Of a stretch of 64,000 bases of DNA, positions 29,711 through 39,293 are shown piece by piece. The stretch lies in NCBI GenBank assembly GCA_037442745.1, contig JBBIPP010000009.1:1-64000 (forward strand), read 5' to 3'. A program made the position numbers and the translations under genes. Numbering within the stretch: position 1 is the stretch's first letter; each line of letters begins with the position of its first letter. Source of the stretch: an archaeon. GTDB lineage: Archaea; SpSt-1190; DYHY01. The notes under the pieces are model-generated. The model was not told where the DNA came from and searched no databases. It saw nothing but the letters and a program-made list of their open reading frames with translations.

Positions 29711-30790
29711 ATGGGGGAATTGTTCAGGGAACTTGCTGGGGACATCTGGACTGTCTGGGAAAAGGATCTTCAGGTATGGATGAAAAAGCCGTTTGTCGCA
29801 ATTTCGAGGGCTCTGATATTCCCCTTGGTATATCTCCTGATTTTCGCAAATGCTTTCGGAGGGACCCTCTATGACCTCCCGATTGCGGTCGTTGACCTCG
29901 ACGGTGGGGCGGAATCCCTCAAAATAATCGGCAACCTCCAGAACTCGAGAACCGTCAAAATATATGCAATTCCGAGCTATGAGGAGGCGCTCGAGCTCTT
30001 CAAGGCGCGGCAAGTCTATGCAATTGTCCTTATCCCTGCGGGAGCGGGCCAGATAAACGTTGTTCTTGACCAATCCTCGCCACAAGTCTCCTCGGCAATC
30101 ACTGGCTCAATAACAAACTCCGCCCTTGCGCAGAGGGGGATGTCAATTGATATTCGAAAGGACGTCCATTATGCGAGGGGCGCAAGCTATCTAGATTTTC
30201 TCACTCCGGGAGTAATTATCCAGACAATTGCAATGGGAGCGCTATTTTCGGGAGGAGTAAGCCTCCTGTTTGAAAAGCAGCTCGGAGTTTTCAACCAGCT
30301 CCTCGTTGCCCCGATATCGAAGACTGCGATAATACTCGGAAAAATTCTCTCGGCAGTCACCCAGTCAATGGTGAGCGGGCTTGCGGCAGTTGTTATTGCA
30401 GTTCTTCTTGGAGCCAAGATACGGACCGGACTATCTGGCGTTTTCTTTCTCATCCTCTTGATGTTCCTAGTGTCTTTCTGCTTCCTCGGACTTGGAATCG
30501 CGATGACCGCCTACATCAGCGACTTTCAGGCATGGATGATGACAATGCAATTGATAATACTCCCGCTCTGGTTCGTCAGCGGGACATTCTATCCAATAGA
30601 GTCAATTGTCTGGTGGCTGAAACCAATTGCGACAATTAGCCCGATGACTTATGCGACGAACGCAGCGCGGAACATAATGATACGGGGATTTGAATTCTCC
30701 TCAATTGCCGGGGATTTGGGCATTCTAGCGCTAATTGGCTTTGGGATGCTAATATTCGGGATAAAATCCTTCAGGAGAAGCGTTGAATGA
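29711..30790 (+). CDS. ABC-2 type permease
   Basis: Six TM segments, PIAVVDLD extracellular loop, SGTFYP and PMTYA. Confidence 0.92.
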   Translation: MGELFRELAGDIWTVWEKDLQVWMKKPFVAISRALIFPLVYLLIFANAFGGTLYDLPIAVVDLDGGAESLKIIGNLQNSRTVKIYAIPSYEEALELFKARQVYAIVLIPAGAGQINVVLDQSSPQVSSAITGSITNSALAQRGMSIDIRKDVHYARGASYLDFLTPGVIIQTIAMGALFSGGVSLLFEKQLGVFNQLLVAPISKTAIILGKILSAVTQSMVSGLAAVVIAVLLGAKIRTGLSGVFFLILLMFLVSFCFLGLGIAMTAYISDFQAWMMTMQLIILPLWFVSGTFYPIESIVWWLKPIATISPMTYATNAARNIMIRGFEFSSIAGDLGILALIGFGMLIFGIKSFRRSVE

Positions 30791-30816
30791 AAAAAATGTG
30801 TGTGTGAGGAATTAAA

Positions 30817-31131
30817 ATGGTGAAAGGAAACGGAATAAGGGACTTCCTAATCGGAAGCACGGTGACTGCGACCCTCGCAGTAACGGGAATTGTCTTCCTG
30901 TTCGTTTATGCAATATTGGGAGCGCTCTTTGGCGCTGTTGCCGGCTGGTTCGTCCAGATTGCCCCTGTAATCGGGCCTGCAGTGAGGGAAGGCTTCGCCC
31001 AGTTGGGCTTTCCAGTTACTGACCTAGCAACTGTCGGGGCTGCCCTCGGCTTTGCGAGCGGGTTCTTCAAGCAGAACAGCGGTCGGGAAGGCTCCAAGTC
31101 CTACCAGTCGGGTGGTTTTGAATCGTGGTAA
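30817..31131 (+). CDS. Small hypothetical membrane protein
   Basis: GAGGA RBS, hydrophobic 104-aa ORF, translationally coupled to the next gene. Confidence 0.7.
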   Translation: MVKGNGIRDFLIGSTVTATLAVTGIVFLFVYAILGALFGAVAGWFVQIAPVIGPAVREGFAQLGFPVTDLATVGAALGFASGFFKQNSGREGSKSYQSGGFESW

Positions 31132-32339
31132 GCGGAAAATCCTCCGGGTTGCTCCTGGCAGCAATGCTTCTTTTCGGTTTCCTTGGAGCTGGATATTCGG
31201 CAGGGTTTGCCCAGCTTGAGAATGTCAGGGTCGGGGAAGTTAGGGCTGGCGAGACGTTTGTCGTAAGTTTCCAGGTCCACAATACCCTAAACGACAGGCT
31301 GAGATATGTTGTTGTCAAGGCGCCCGCAGGGACCAGCTTTTCTCCCGTAGGGGGAGACACCTGGTCGAGCGGAGGGGAGGTTGAACGGAACTCTCTAGTT
31401 TCGGGAAGCCTGACGTTTCGGGCGGACGAAAACATTGTCGCAGGAGTCTACTCAATCCCGTTCTCAATAACCAGCGAATCGAAAACCCTGAGCGGGGCAA
31501 GCTTTTCCGGGAACGTTGTCAATTCCATTCAGACTCTTTCGACAACGGAAAACGTGAACGTCAGGGTTGTCGGGGAACCCGAGCTCTTCCTAACCCTCAG
31601 GAGCTCGCAGCCCGCATTCGTTGAAGCAGGAAGGGAAGCGCTCCTGAATTTCGAGATTTCGAACGGCGGGAACGATTATGCTAGGGATGTTGTGGTTTCC
31701 GTCGGTGAGCCGGAAGGTTCCGACCTCGGCTCGTCCTCCCGGGAAATCCATCTCGGAGACCTCGCTCCGAACGGGAAGGGGGCATTTTCCCTGTCAATAA
31801 TACCGGAGAACGCGGTTGACAGACTATCAGTTTCAATTCCCTTGAGCGCGAGGCACTCTGGCGGGATTGAAAAATGGGTTCAGCTCGTTCCCCTCGAGAT
31901 GACTGCGGAACTCGAGGCCCGCTCAGAAGAAGGCCTTGTCGCTTTTGCCGGAAGGAACGAGGAGAGGCTCGATTTCGTTGTCAGGAACTCCGGGAGAGAT
32001 TCGGCAAAAAACGTAAGGATTTCCCTAATAACTGAATTCCCGATAACCCCTTCCGGAAGGAGCGCGACAATTGACTTTCTTGCCCCGGGGGAAGAGAAAA
32101 CTGTTTCATTCACTGTTGACGTTGATTCCAAGGCGGCTGAGCGGAATTATCCGGTCCAACTAGGGGTGTCTTTTGAGGAAAACAAAGAAAGGAAAACATC
32201 CGTCCTTGAGGCGGAGTTCTCGGTGAAAAAGTCGGCAAGCAATGCGCCCTATTTCATCGGAATAGGGGGGGCGGCAATCCTTGCAATCCTTGTTTTCAGG
32301 AAAATGAGAGGGAATAAAAGGGGGAGAAAAGGTGACTAG
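31125..32339 (+). CDS. COG1361-like S-layer/Ig-like domain membrane-anchored protein
   Basis: Signal peptide, repeated N.G...A..V / L..GE...V.F Ig-like units, C-terminal TM plus basic tail. Confidence 0.8.
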   Translation: MVSGKSSGLLLAAMLLFGFLGAGYSAGFAQLENVRVGEVRAGETFVVSFQVHNTLNDRLRYVVVKAPAGTSFSPVGGDTWSSGGEVERNSLVSGSLTFRADENIVAGVYSIPFSITSESKTLSGASFSGNVVNSIQTLSTTENVNVRVVGEPELFLTLRSSQPAFVEAGREALLNFEISNGGNDYARDVVVSVGEPEGSDLGSSSREIHLGDLAPNGKGAFSLSIIPENAVDRLSVSIPLSARHSGGIEKWVQLVPLEMTAELEARSEEGLVAFAGRNEERLDFVVRNSGRDSAKNVRISLITEFPITPSGRSATIDFLAPGEEKTVSFTVDVDSKAAERNYPVQLGVSFEENKERKTSVLEAEFSVKKSASNAPYFIGIGGAAILAILVFRKMRGNKRGRKGD

Positions 32340-33567
32340 AATGGAAAAGGAAAAGCTCTTTGCCGCAATTGTTGCCGTTGTTCTCGTTTTGGGAACTGTT
32401 GGATTTTCGTTATCATCTCCATCAGGCACTCCAGATATAATTTTCCTCTCAAGCAGGATTGACCCTGCATCGGCAACTCCGGGGGGAAACCTGGAATTCA
32501 ATGTAATTACCCAGAACTGGGCAACAATTCCCGCTGACAATGCCGTCCTTCGAATAACTCTGCCGGACGATCTCATTCTCAAGGACTCGGAGATGAAGGA
32601 AATATCTGTCGGAAAGGTCTGCTCGCTTTGCAACTTTGAAACTAAATATTCCCTCAAGGTTTCGGAGAAGGCGGTGTCCGGGGAATACAGGATAAAAATC
32701 CTCCTTTCCTGGGACGGGGGTTCAAGGGAACGGGACTTTGTTGTTTCGGTTTCCGGGACTCCGAAGGTTGTTATAACAAACATCTCCTACTCGCCTGAGA
32801 AGGTGGAACCTGGAGAGAGCACGGCAGTGACTCTGACAGTGAAAAATATCGGGGGTGCGCCGGCTTTGAACGGGGCGCTCGGCCTCACAATCCCGACGCT
32901 CACCGGAGACACAAAGCAGAGATTCTCAATAATTGGCTCCGGGACAGAGCTTGCCATCGGGACGCTTTCCGTCGGAGAGTCGAAGACAATTGTGTTCGAG
33001 CTCGCGGCGGACGACAATGTGGAAGCGGGGGTGTACAACTTCCCGGCAACCCTCAGCTATTCGGGGACTGGCTCATCAACCGGAATAGGCCTAGTTGTTG
33101 TTTCAAGGGCTGAGCTCACACTTCCCAAGGTCCAGACAGATCCCGTTACTGTGAAACCAGACAAACCTTTCCTTCTCTCGGCAACTGTCGAGAATTCGGG
33201 GAAGAACGAGGCGAAAAGCGCGAAAGTCAGGTTCGTTATTGACGACCCGAGGTTCTCGGGAACGAAGAGCGCATATCTCGGGACAATAAAGTCCGGGGAC
33301 AAGGATGTTGCCTTGTTTGAGATGACATATGCCGGGCCGGTGCTCTCGAAAAAGGATATTCCAGTCGCCTTCGAGGTTACATATGTCGATGATTTCGGGG
33401 AGCACTCTTTCACAGAGAGCGGGGAAATAACCGTTGATGCGGGAATCTCGACCGACGGTGGGATAAACCAGATTGCAATAGGGGCTTTGGTCCTTGCAAT
33501 TGCGGTCGTGATATTGTTCGTTTTTTTCAGGAAAAAAAGAGGGCCCCCTTCCGGAAAGAGGGTCTAA
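32332..33567 (+). CDS. COG1361-like S-layer/Ig-like domain membrane-anchored protein
   Basis: Same architecture as the previous gene (VKNIGGAPA, VENSGKNEA, TYVDDFG); TM followed by RKKR. Confidence 0.8.
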   Translation: MTRMEKEKLFAAIVAVVLVLGTVGFSLSSPSGTPDIIFLSSRIDPASATPGGNLEFNVITQNWATIPADNAVLRITLPDDLILKDSEMKEISVGKVCSLCNFETKYSLKVSEKAVSGEYRIKILLSWDGGSRERDFVVSVSGTPKVVITNISYSPEKVEPGESTAVTLTVKNIGGAPALNGALGLTIPTLTGDTKQRFSIIGSGTELAIGTLSVGESKTIVFELAADDNVEAGVYNFPATLSYSGTGSSTGIGLVVVSRAELTLPKVQTDPVTVKPDKPFLLSATVENSGKNEAKSAKVRFVIDDPRFSGTKSAYLGTIKSGDKDVALFEMTYAGPVLSKKDIPVAFEVTYVDDFGEHSFTESGEITVDAGISTDGGINQIAIGALVLAIAVVILFVFFRKKRGPPSGKRV

Positions 33568-33576
33568 TCGCGGGAA

Positions 33577-34746
33577 ATGCTACTCGCCCTTGCGACAAGA
33601 AACCTCCTTCGACGCAAGTCAAGGACAATTCTCTCCGCCATTGGGATAATCCTCGGGGTAGCAATGATAATTTCCCTCGTCTCGGTTGCGCAGGGCCTTC
33701 GGAACAGCGCGGAATCTTTCGCAAACCAGATAGGGAACAACATTGTCATTTCCCAGGCGAATAATTTCGGTCCCCCGATGACGAGTAGCCTCGACGAATC
33801 GCTTGTCGAGGAAATTGAAAAAATCCCGGGGGCGAGGGTGGTTTCTCCAGTTGTTATTGTCCCTGTGAAAACTCGCGACAAGACGGGAAGAAAGGGGTTC
33901 TTCGCGTCCGAGAACCAGCTTGGTTTGGTTGGCGTTGATGCTTCAAGGGAAAGCCAGGCATCTTCAGACTATACGAAAATAGCTGCAGGACGATTCCTCA
34001 GAAGAGATGATAAGGAGAGAGTTGTCCTAGGGGCGACAGTTGCCGCAAACCTTGGGAAAAGGGTTGGAGACGATCTTGAATTCAAGCAGAGGGGAAGGGA
34101 ATTCTCATTTGAAATAGTTGGGATTTATGAGACGGGGGATGAGGAAGCCGATCAGGATGTTGTTACAACTCTTGCGGAAGCTAGAAGGGTTGGCGACATT
34201 CCAAAGACAAGGGTGAACCTGATAACTGTTGTCCCGTCGAACCCGGGGCAAAGTGAGGCCCTTGAGAGGAAAATAAAGCTCCTGATACCCGGAGTTGACC
34301 CTTCATACGGGAGGACTTATGCAAACCTCCTTTCAACTTTCACTGGGACTCTCCAGATTGCCACATGGGTAATTGCCGGGATTGCTGCATTCATCGGGGG
34401 GATAGGGATAATGAACACAATGGTAATGTCGGTCATTGAGCAGACAAAGGAGATTGGTGTTCTTCGGGCATGCGGATGGAAACGTGGGGACATTCTCCTG
34501 ATAATACTTGCCGAGAGCGTCGGAATAAGTCTTGTCGGGGGAATTCTCGGGGGAGTCCTCGGCATTGTGGTGACTCTTTGGATTCTTCCGGCAATTTTCA
34601 AGGGCGTCCTCTCTCCAGTTGTCACTCCCCTTATTGTTTCCCAGGCGTTCTTCTTCGCCCTAGCTCTCGGGATATTCGGAGGTTTCCTTCCGGCCAAGAG
34701 GGCGTCTGATTTGGATCCGGTGGAGGCGTTCAGAAATGAGGAATGA
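33577..34746 (+). CDS. MacB/FtsX-family ABC permease
   Basis: RNLLRRKSRT, GIMNTMVMSVIEQTKEIGVLRACG and PAKRASDLDPVEA. Confidence 0.93.
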   Translation: MLLALATRNLLRRKSRTILSAIGIILGVAMIISLVSVAQGLRNSAESFANQIGNNIVISQANNFGPPMTSSLDESLVEEIEKIPGARVVSPVVIVPVKTRDKTGRKGFFASENQLGLVGVDASRESQASSDYTKIAAGRFLRRDDKERVVLGATVAANLGKRVGDDLEFKQRGREFSFEIVGIYETGDEEADQDVVTTLAEARRVGDIPKTRVNLITVVPSNPGQSEALERKIKLLIPGVDPSYGRTYANLLSTFTGTLQIATWVIAGIAAFIGGIGIMNTMVMSVIEQTKEIGVLRACGWKRGDILLIILAESVGISLVGGILGGVLGIVVTLWILPAIFKGVLSPVVTPLIVSQAFFFALALGIFGGFLPAKRASDLDPVEAFRNEE

Positions 34747-35458
34747 GAAGAAAAAGGAAATCTTGATTGAGACAATTGGCCTGAAAAAGTTCTATGAGGT
34801 CGGAAAAGTCTGGGCTCTCGGGGGTGTTGACATACAAATTGAGCGCGGGGACTTTGTCTCAATAATGGGCCCATCTGGATGCGGGAAAAGCACGCTCCTC
34901 CATATGCTCGGGGGGGTTGACCGGCCGAGCGAAGGCGTTGTGAGAGTTGGCGGAGCGAACCTATCTGAGCTTGAAAGCGACGAACTTGCCCTTTTCAGGC
35001 GCGAGAAAGTCGGAATAATTTTCCAGAGCTTCAACCTCCTTCCGACGTTGACAGTCCTTGAGAATGTCCTTGTCCCAGTAATGCCGTTCTCCTCAATTGG
35101 GGGGAACGGCTACAGGGAAAAAGCGACCCTCCTTCTCAAGAGGTTCGGCTTGGGCGATAAGCTGAACAATTCGCCAAACGAGCTCTCTGGCGGACAGAAC
35201 CAACGGGTGGCAATTGCGCGGGCTTTGATAAACTCTCCGGACATCATATTGGCGGACGAACCAACGGGACAGCTAGATTCCCGAAACGGAAAGGAGATAA
35301 TGGAGCTTTTGCGGGAGTTAAACGAAGAGGACGGAGTCACAATAATACTCGTCACCCATGACGAGAAAACTGCCGATTATGCCAAGAGGAAGATACTCCT
35401 CAGGGACGGCCTTGTCGTTTCCGGAGGAGTTGGGCGGGCGGATGGGAGAAAGCGCTAG
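34736..35458 (+). CDS. LolD/MacB-type ABC ATP-binding protein
   Basis: GPSGCGKST, LSGGQNQRVAIARAL, ADEPTG and VTHD. Confidence 0.95.
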   Translation: MRNEKKKEILIETIGLKKFYEVGKVWALGGVDIQIERGDFVSIMGPSGCGKSTLLHMLGGVDRPSEGVVRVGGANLSELESDELALFRREKVGIIFQSFNLLPTLTVLENVLVPVMPFSSIGGNGYREKATLLLKRFGLGDKLNNSPNELSGGQNQRVAIARALINSPDIILADEPTGQLDSRNGKEIMELLRELNEEDGVTIILVTHDEKTADYAKRKILLRDGLVVSGGVGRADGRKR

Positions 35459-36619
35459 ATGTATCCAGCGTTCGCTCTGAAGAACATTTCGAGGAGGAAG
35501 CTAAGGAGTTTCCTTTCAACTCTTGGAATACTTTTGGGCGTTGCCCTGATAGTCTCGCTTGCATCGATTTCGGACGGGCTTGAGAAGACAATGGAAGGCG
35601 TCTCAAAACAGATCGGGGGGACGATATATGTTGTCGAGGCTGGCAAGTTCGGGAACACTTTTGCAAGCAGGATAAGCTCGTCTCAAATAGAGCAAATAGA
35701 AAAAATACCCGGGGTAAAAACCGTTGCTCCTGTCTCAATTGCGCTGGCCGAAATGGAAGGATATGTCGGCGCATACTCATTCATAGGGGATTTCGTATAC
35801 CTGACGGGCGTCCTTCCCGACAAAGAAAAGCAGGTAAACAGCATGTTCACTAAAATGCTCTCCGGGCGGTTCGTTTCAAAGGGGGAGACTGAAATGGTTG
35901 TCCTTGGAAGCTCCCTTGCGGAAAAGACAGGAAAGAATGTCGGAGACCTTATCAAGGTGAAGGCAAGGGGAACCTGGCACGAGTTCGGTGTTGTCGGAAT
36001 TTTCGAGAGCGCGAGCGACGACGATGACCATGTGATTCTTGACATGGCAGTCTACAAGAAAATCACCGGAGAGCCCCCGCTGGAATACAACATTGTGGGA
36101 GTTGTCCCGACAAGCGACGCGCTTTCTGGAACAGTTGAGAGGAAAATAAAAATCCTCATTCCGACTCTCGACCCGAGCTATGCAAGGGCAGCAATCCAGA
36201 GCGCCCAGGCATTCGCGAGAACCCTCAAAATAGCGACATGGGTTATTGCGGGAATTGCTGCTCTTATAGGGGGCCTCGGGATTGCGAACGCAATGATAAT
36301 GTCAGTTTCCGAGAGGACGAAGGACTTTGGAATCCTGAAAGCCGTCGGCTGGAAGAATTCAGACATTGTCGGAATTGTCGTCCTCGAGAGCGTGATAATA
36401 AGTTCGGTTGGCGCAATAATCGGAATTGCCATCGGCTTTTTGGTTTCAAAAGGGCTTCTTCCTATAATTATCAGGCAGTTCGAGACCGACGTTTCCCTGA
36501 CAACAATTGTCTGGGCGTTCCTCTTCGCCTTAGTTCTCGGGGTCGGGGGGGCAATTGCCCCGGCGAAGAGAGCTGCCGATCTTGACCCGGTCGCCGCATT
36601 CAGGGGCGGGGCGAAATAG
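35459..36619 (+). CDS. MacB/FtsX-family ABC permease (paralog of 33577-34746)
   Basis: KNISRRKLRS, MSVSERTKDFGILKAVG and PAKRAADLDPV. Confidence 0.93.
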   Translation: MYPAFALKNISRRKLRSFLSTLGILLGVALIVSLASISDGLEKTMEGVSKQIGGTIYVVEAGKFGNTFASRISSSQIEQIEKIPGVKTVAPVSIALAEMEGYVGAYSFIGDFVYLTGVLPDKEKQVNSMFTKMLSGRFVSKGETEMVVLGSSLAEKTGKNVGDLIKVKARGTWHEFGVVGIFESASDDDDHVILDMAVYKKITGEPPLEYNIVGVVPTSDALSGTVERKIKILIPTLDPSYARAAIQSAQAFARTLKIATWVIAGIAALIGGLGIANAMIMSVSERTKDFGILKAVGWKNSDIVGIVVLESVIISSVGAIIGIAIGFLVSKGLLPIIIRQFETDVSLTTIVWAFLFALVLGVGGAIAPAKRAADLDPVAAFRGGAK

Positions 36620-36650
36620 ATATAAAAGCGCCCGGGAAATATTGGAAATA

Positions 36651-37475
36651 ATGGGCATTCTTGAATGGCTCGGGCTGAGGAGGGATTCTCCGAAGAAGGA
36701 TGAAATTCCTTCCCAGCCAGTTCCTTTGGTTCAAACGGCCACTCAAACAAGCACTTCCAAACAATCTCCGGAGCAGGAAAAAAAAACCCAGCCGGAAATG
36801 CCTTCGTTCAAAAAGCCGGCGGACTGGCGTCTTCCGAGGGATGACCTCCGGTTCAAGAGCGATTCGGAAAAAATAAACTACATTCTCCAGGGAGTCTATT
36901 CAATCTATGACGAACTGAAGCCAATGGCGGACGACGGGACAAGGGTATCTCGACTCCAGCTTCTTCTAGAGAACTTGACTCCATATGAAAGGGAGCAGGC
37001 TCGGAGAACAATTGAGGATCTGGACATTGACAACCTTGTAATAAAGTTCCTCGATTATCCAAAATCAATTGAGGAAATTTCGGAGAGCATCCGGAAGAGC
37101 TATGGATATACTGCGGCAAGGCTCCGGCACCTGCGCTCAATTGGTCGCGTTGCAAGGCTTCGGGACCCTGTCACTAACAAATACAAATACACAATAATTT
37201 CAAAGCAGGGGGCTGGCGACAAGCCAGAAATCCCTGAAGAGCTTCTGCCCGGGAGCCTTGAAGCAGTTACTGAGGGAGAGGTTGATGAGAGTGGGCCTTT
37301 TCCTGAAGGAAATCCGTTCTCGGGGAAAGATTCTGTTTCGGGGAAAACGGAAGCTAGTGAACTTCCAATGGAATCCTTGGGAGAGCCGATTATTCTTGAA
37401 CAGCAACAGCCATCCACTGAGGAAGAAAAGAAGCCAAATGAAGAGCAGAGAAAGAGCCCGGAAAGCCCGGTCTAA
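36651..37475 (+). CDS. Hypothetical protein with central winged-HTH and disordered termini
   Basis: PKSIEEISESIRKSYGYTAARLRHLRSIGRV; ATATAAAA about 30 nt upstream of ATG 36651. Confidence 0.65.
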   Translation: MGILEWLGLRRDSPKKDEIPSQPVPLVQTATQTSTSKQSPEQEKKTQPEMPSFKKPADWRLPRDDLRFKSDSEKINYILQGVYSIYDELKPMADDGTRVSRLQLLLENLTPYEREQARRTIEDLDIDNLVIKFLDYPKSIEEISESIRKSYGYTAARLRHLRSIGRVARLRDPVTNKYKYTIISKQGAGDKPEIPEELLPGSLEAVTEGEVDESGPFPEGNPFSGKDSVSGKTEASELPMESLGEPIILEQQQPSTEEEKKPNEEQRKSPESPV

Positions 37476-37478
37476 ACC

Positions 37479-38558
37479 CTATTCCTCCTCAATATCCTCT
37501 ATCCCTTTTTCAGTGACCTGGAAGACTGCTTCCCCTTCCGGGAGGTCTGGAGAGTCTATAAGTTTCGCAACCCTCTTTGTTCCCTTTGATTTGCGGAGAA
37601 ACATCCGGTATGTTGCTGCATGGGCAAGGACGTTTCCCCCAATTGCCTCAACCGTTGGGCCCCAGAAAGCGTCTGGCTTGGCCGAAACCTGGTTCGTAAT
37701 ATAGACAATAAGATTGTAGACGTCCGCCAATCGTTGAAGCCTGTGGAGGTGGCGGTTGAGTTTCTGCTGGCGATCAGCCAAGGTGCCTCTTCCCATAAAT
37801 TCCGCTCTGAAATGGCTCGTTATTGAGTCAACTACAATTAGCCTTATTTTCTTTCCTCTATTAATCATCTCCTCAATCTGGTCAACGAGGAGCATCTGGT
37901 GGTCGCTGTTATATGCTCGGGCAATTATTATTTTTGAGAGGATCTCGTCTTGGGAGATTCCCTGGGCCTCTGCGAGCTGGATAATTCTCTCAGGACGGAA
38001 AGTGTTTTCAGTGTCAATGAATGCGACAGAGCCGTCCAACCCCCCCTTTTCAACCGGAAGGGTTGTGTTCACTGCCAATTGAAACCCAAGCTGGGATTTT
38101 CCAGAGCCGAATGCCGCAAACGACTCGGTTATTGCCTGGGTCTGCACGCCACCCCCGAGAAGATCGTCAAGCGTCTTTGACCCGGTTTTCACTCTGCCGA
38201 CTTTTTTCCTCTTTTCAAGGAGCTGGCTTGCTGGCTCGAATCCTATTTCGAGATGTTCCCTCGCCACATTGATTATTTTCGCGCAGGTTGCTTCCCCTAT
38301 TTCAGTAATTGCCGCTATTTCCGCGGGGGACGCTGCCGCAACTGCAAGCATGTCAATATATCCGGCAGCGGCAAGCTTTTCCGCTGTCTTTGACCCGACT
38401 CCGGGGAGGTCTTCAACTGAAGTTATTTTCTCCTCTTTGCCCTTTTTCTTTGCCCTGGGGGATTCCTCTTCTGTTGGCTGAGCGGGCGTTTCCTCAACTG
38501 CAGGGGAATTTTCTATTTCAGTATCTTTGTTTTCAGCTGCCGATTTTTTCGTTGCCAT
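37479..38558 (-). CDS. radA: DNA repair and recombination protein RadA
   Basis: DLPGVG HhH, GFEPA polymerisation motif, [19 protein letters not shown] and [11 protein letters not shown]. Confidence 0.98.
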   Translation of the reverse strand: MATKKSAAENKDTEIENSPAVEETPAQPTEEESPRAKKKGKEEKITSVEDLPGVGSKTAEKLAAAGYIDMLAVAAASPAEIAAITEIGEATCAKIINVAREHLEIGFEPASQLLEKRKKVGRVKTGSKTLDDLLGGGVQTQAITESFAAFGSGKSQLGFQLAVNTTLPVEKGGLDGSVAFIDTENTFRPERIIQLAEAQGISQDEILSKIIIARAYNSDHQMLLVDQIEEMINRGKKIRLIVVDSITSHFRAEFMGRGTLADRQQKLNRHLHRLQRLADVYNLIVYITNQVSAKPDAFWGPTVEAIGGNVLAHAATYRMFLRKSKGTKRVAKLIDSPDLPEGEAVFQVTEKGIEDIEEE

Positions 38559-38583
38559 TTTGTTTTCTCAGTAAATTGGTGGG

Positions 38584-38609
38584 CTCTGTCTCTATTTATA
38601 GAGACAGAG
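38584..38609 (-). promoter_or_regulatory. radA TATA box embedded in a perfect palindrome
   Basis: CTCTGTCTCTAT-TT-ATAGAGACAGAG; the minus strand reads TATAAATA at 38600-38593. Confidence 0.6.
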
Positions 38610-38620
38610 AGTAACTTACC

Positions 38621-38658
38621 GGTATTCGGCAGGGGTTGCTTTTATTTCGCCGAATACC
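38621..38658 (-). promoter_or_regulatory. Palindromic operator upstream of radA
   Basis: GGTATTCGGC-N18-GCCGAATACC, with arms and spacing identical to the herA site. Confidence 0.7.
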
Positions 38659-39293
38659 AGTTTCTCCTGCGACAGTCAAATTTTGTCGCAAAACGCTCTG
38701 GGAAGGTTCTTCGTACTCGGGAGCTGCCGAGCATCACTAGGCCAGTTCCTGACTGAAATTGATTTTAAAAAACTCAGACAATTAGCCAAAAATTTTCTTT
38801 CTGATTAAAAACCTTGAATATTTTCCCGGCGCTCGCATTTTCCTGAAAAACGCCTATTTGACAAGGAGAAGCTGGCCTTTTGGAATATTCCGAATAATGG
38901 GGAAGAGTTTCTGGCTTTACGTTTCTAGGGAGCGGGAATTTTCCTTTGAAGCCCCGGTTATCAGGACAATCTCCTTTCGCTCGAGCTTTCCTGTGGGAAG
39001 GGGGTGAAGCTGTCTGCTTTGTATCTGGCAGGAAAAGAAGGGGAACTGCACGTGTCTTTCCTCGAGAGCAACTATTGCCGGGGCGAACGCAAATATTTGG
39101 CGGACATTGTTTTGTTCCTTGTTGAGAATGTTCCGCCTTCTTTAGGACGGCAAAATGATTATTGCTTTTCTCTTTTGAGTTTCGTCCGCAGGGGAATTTC
39201 CGAAAACGCTAATTATTCGATTGGGAGCTTTTCTTTTTGGGCTGGAAAATTCCTGTTAGATATTCGGAGGCTTTCGGAAATGTGGCAATCGCC

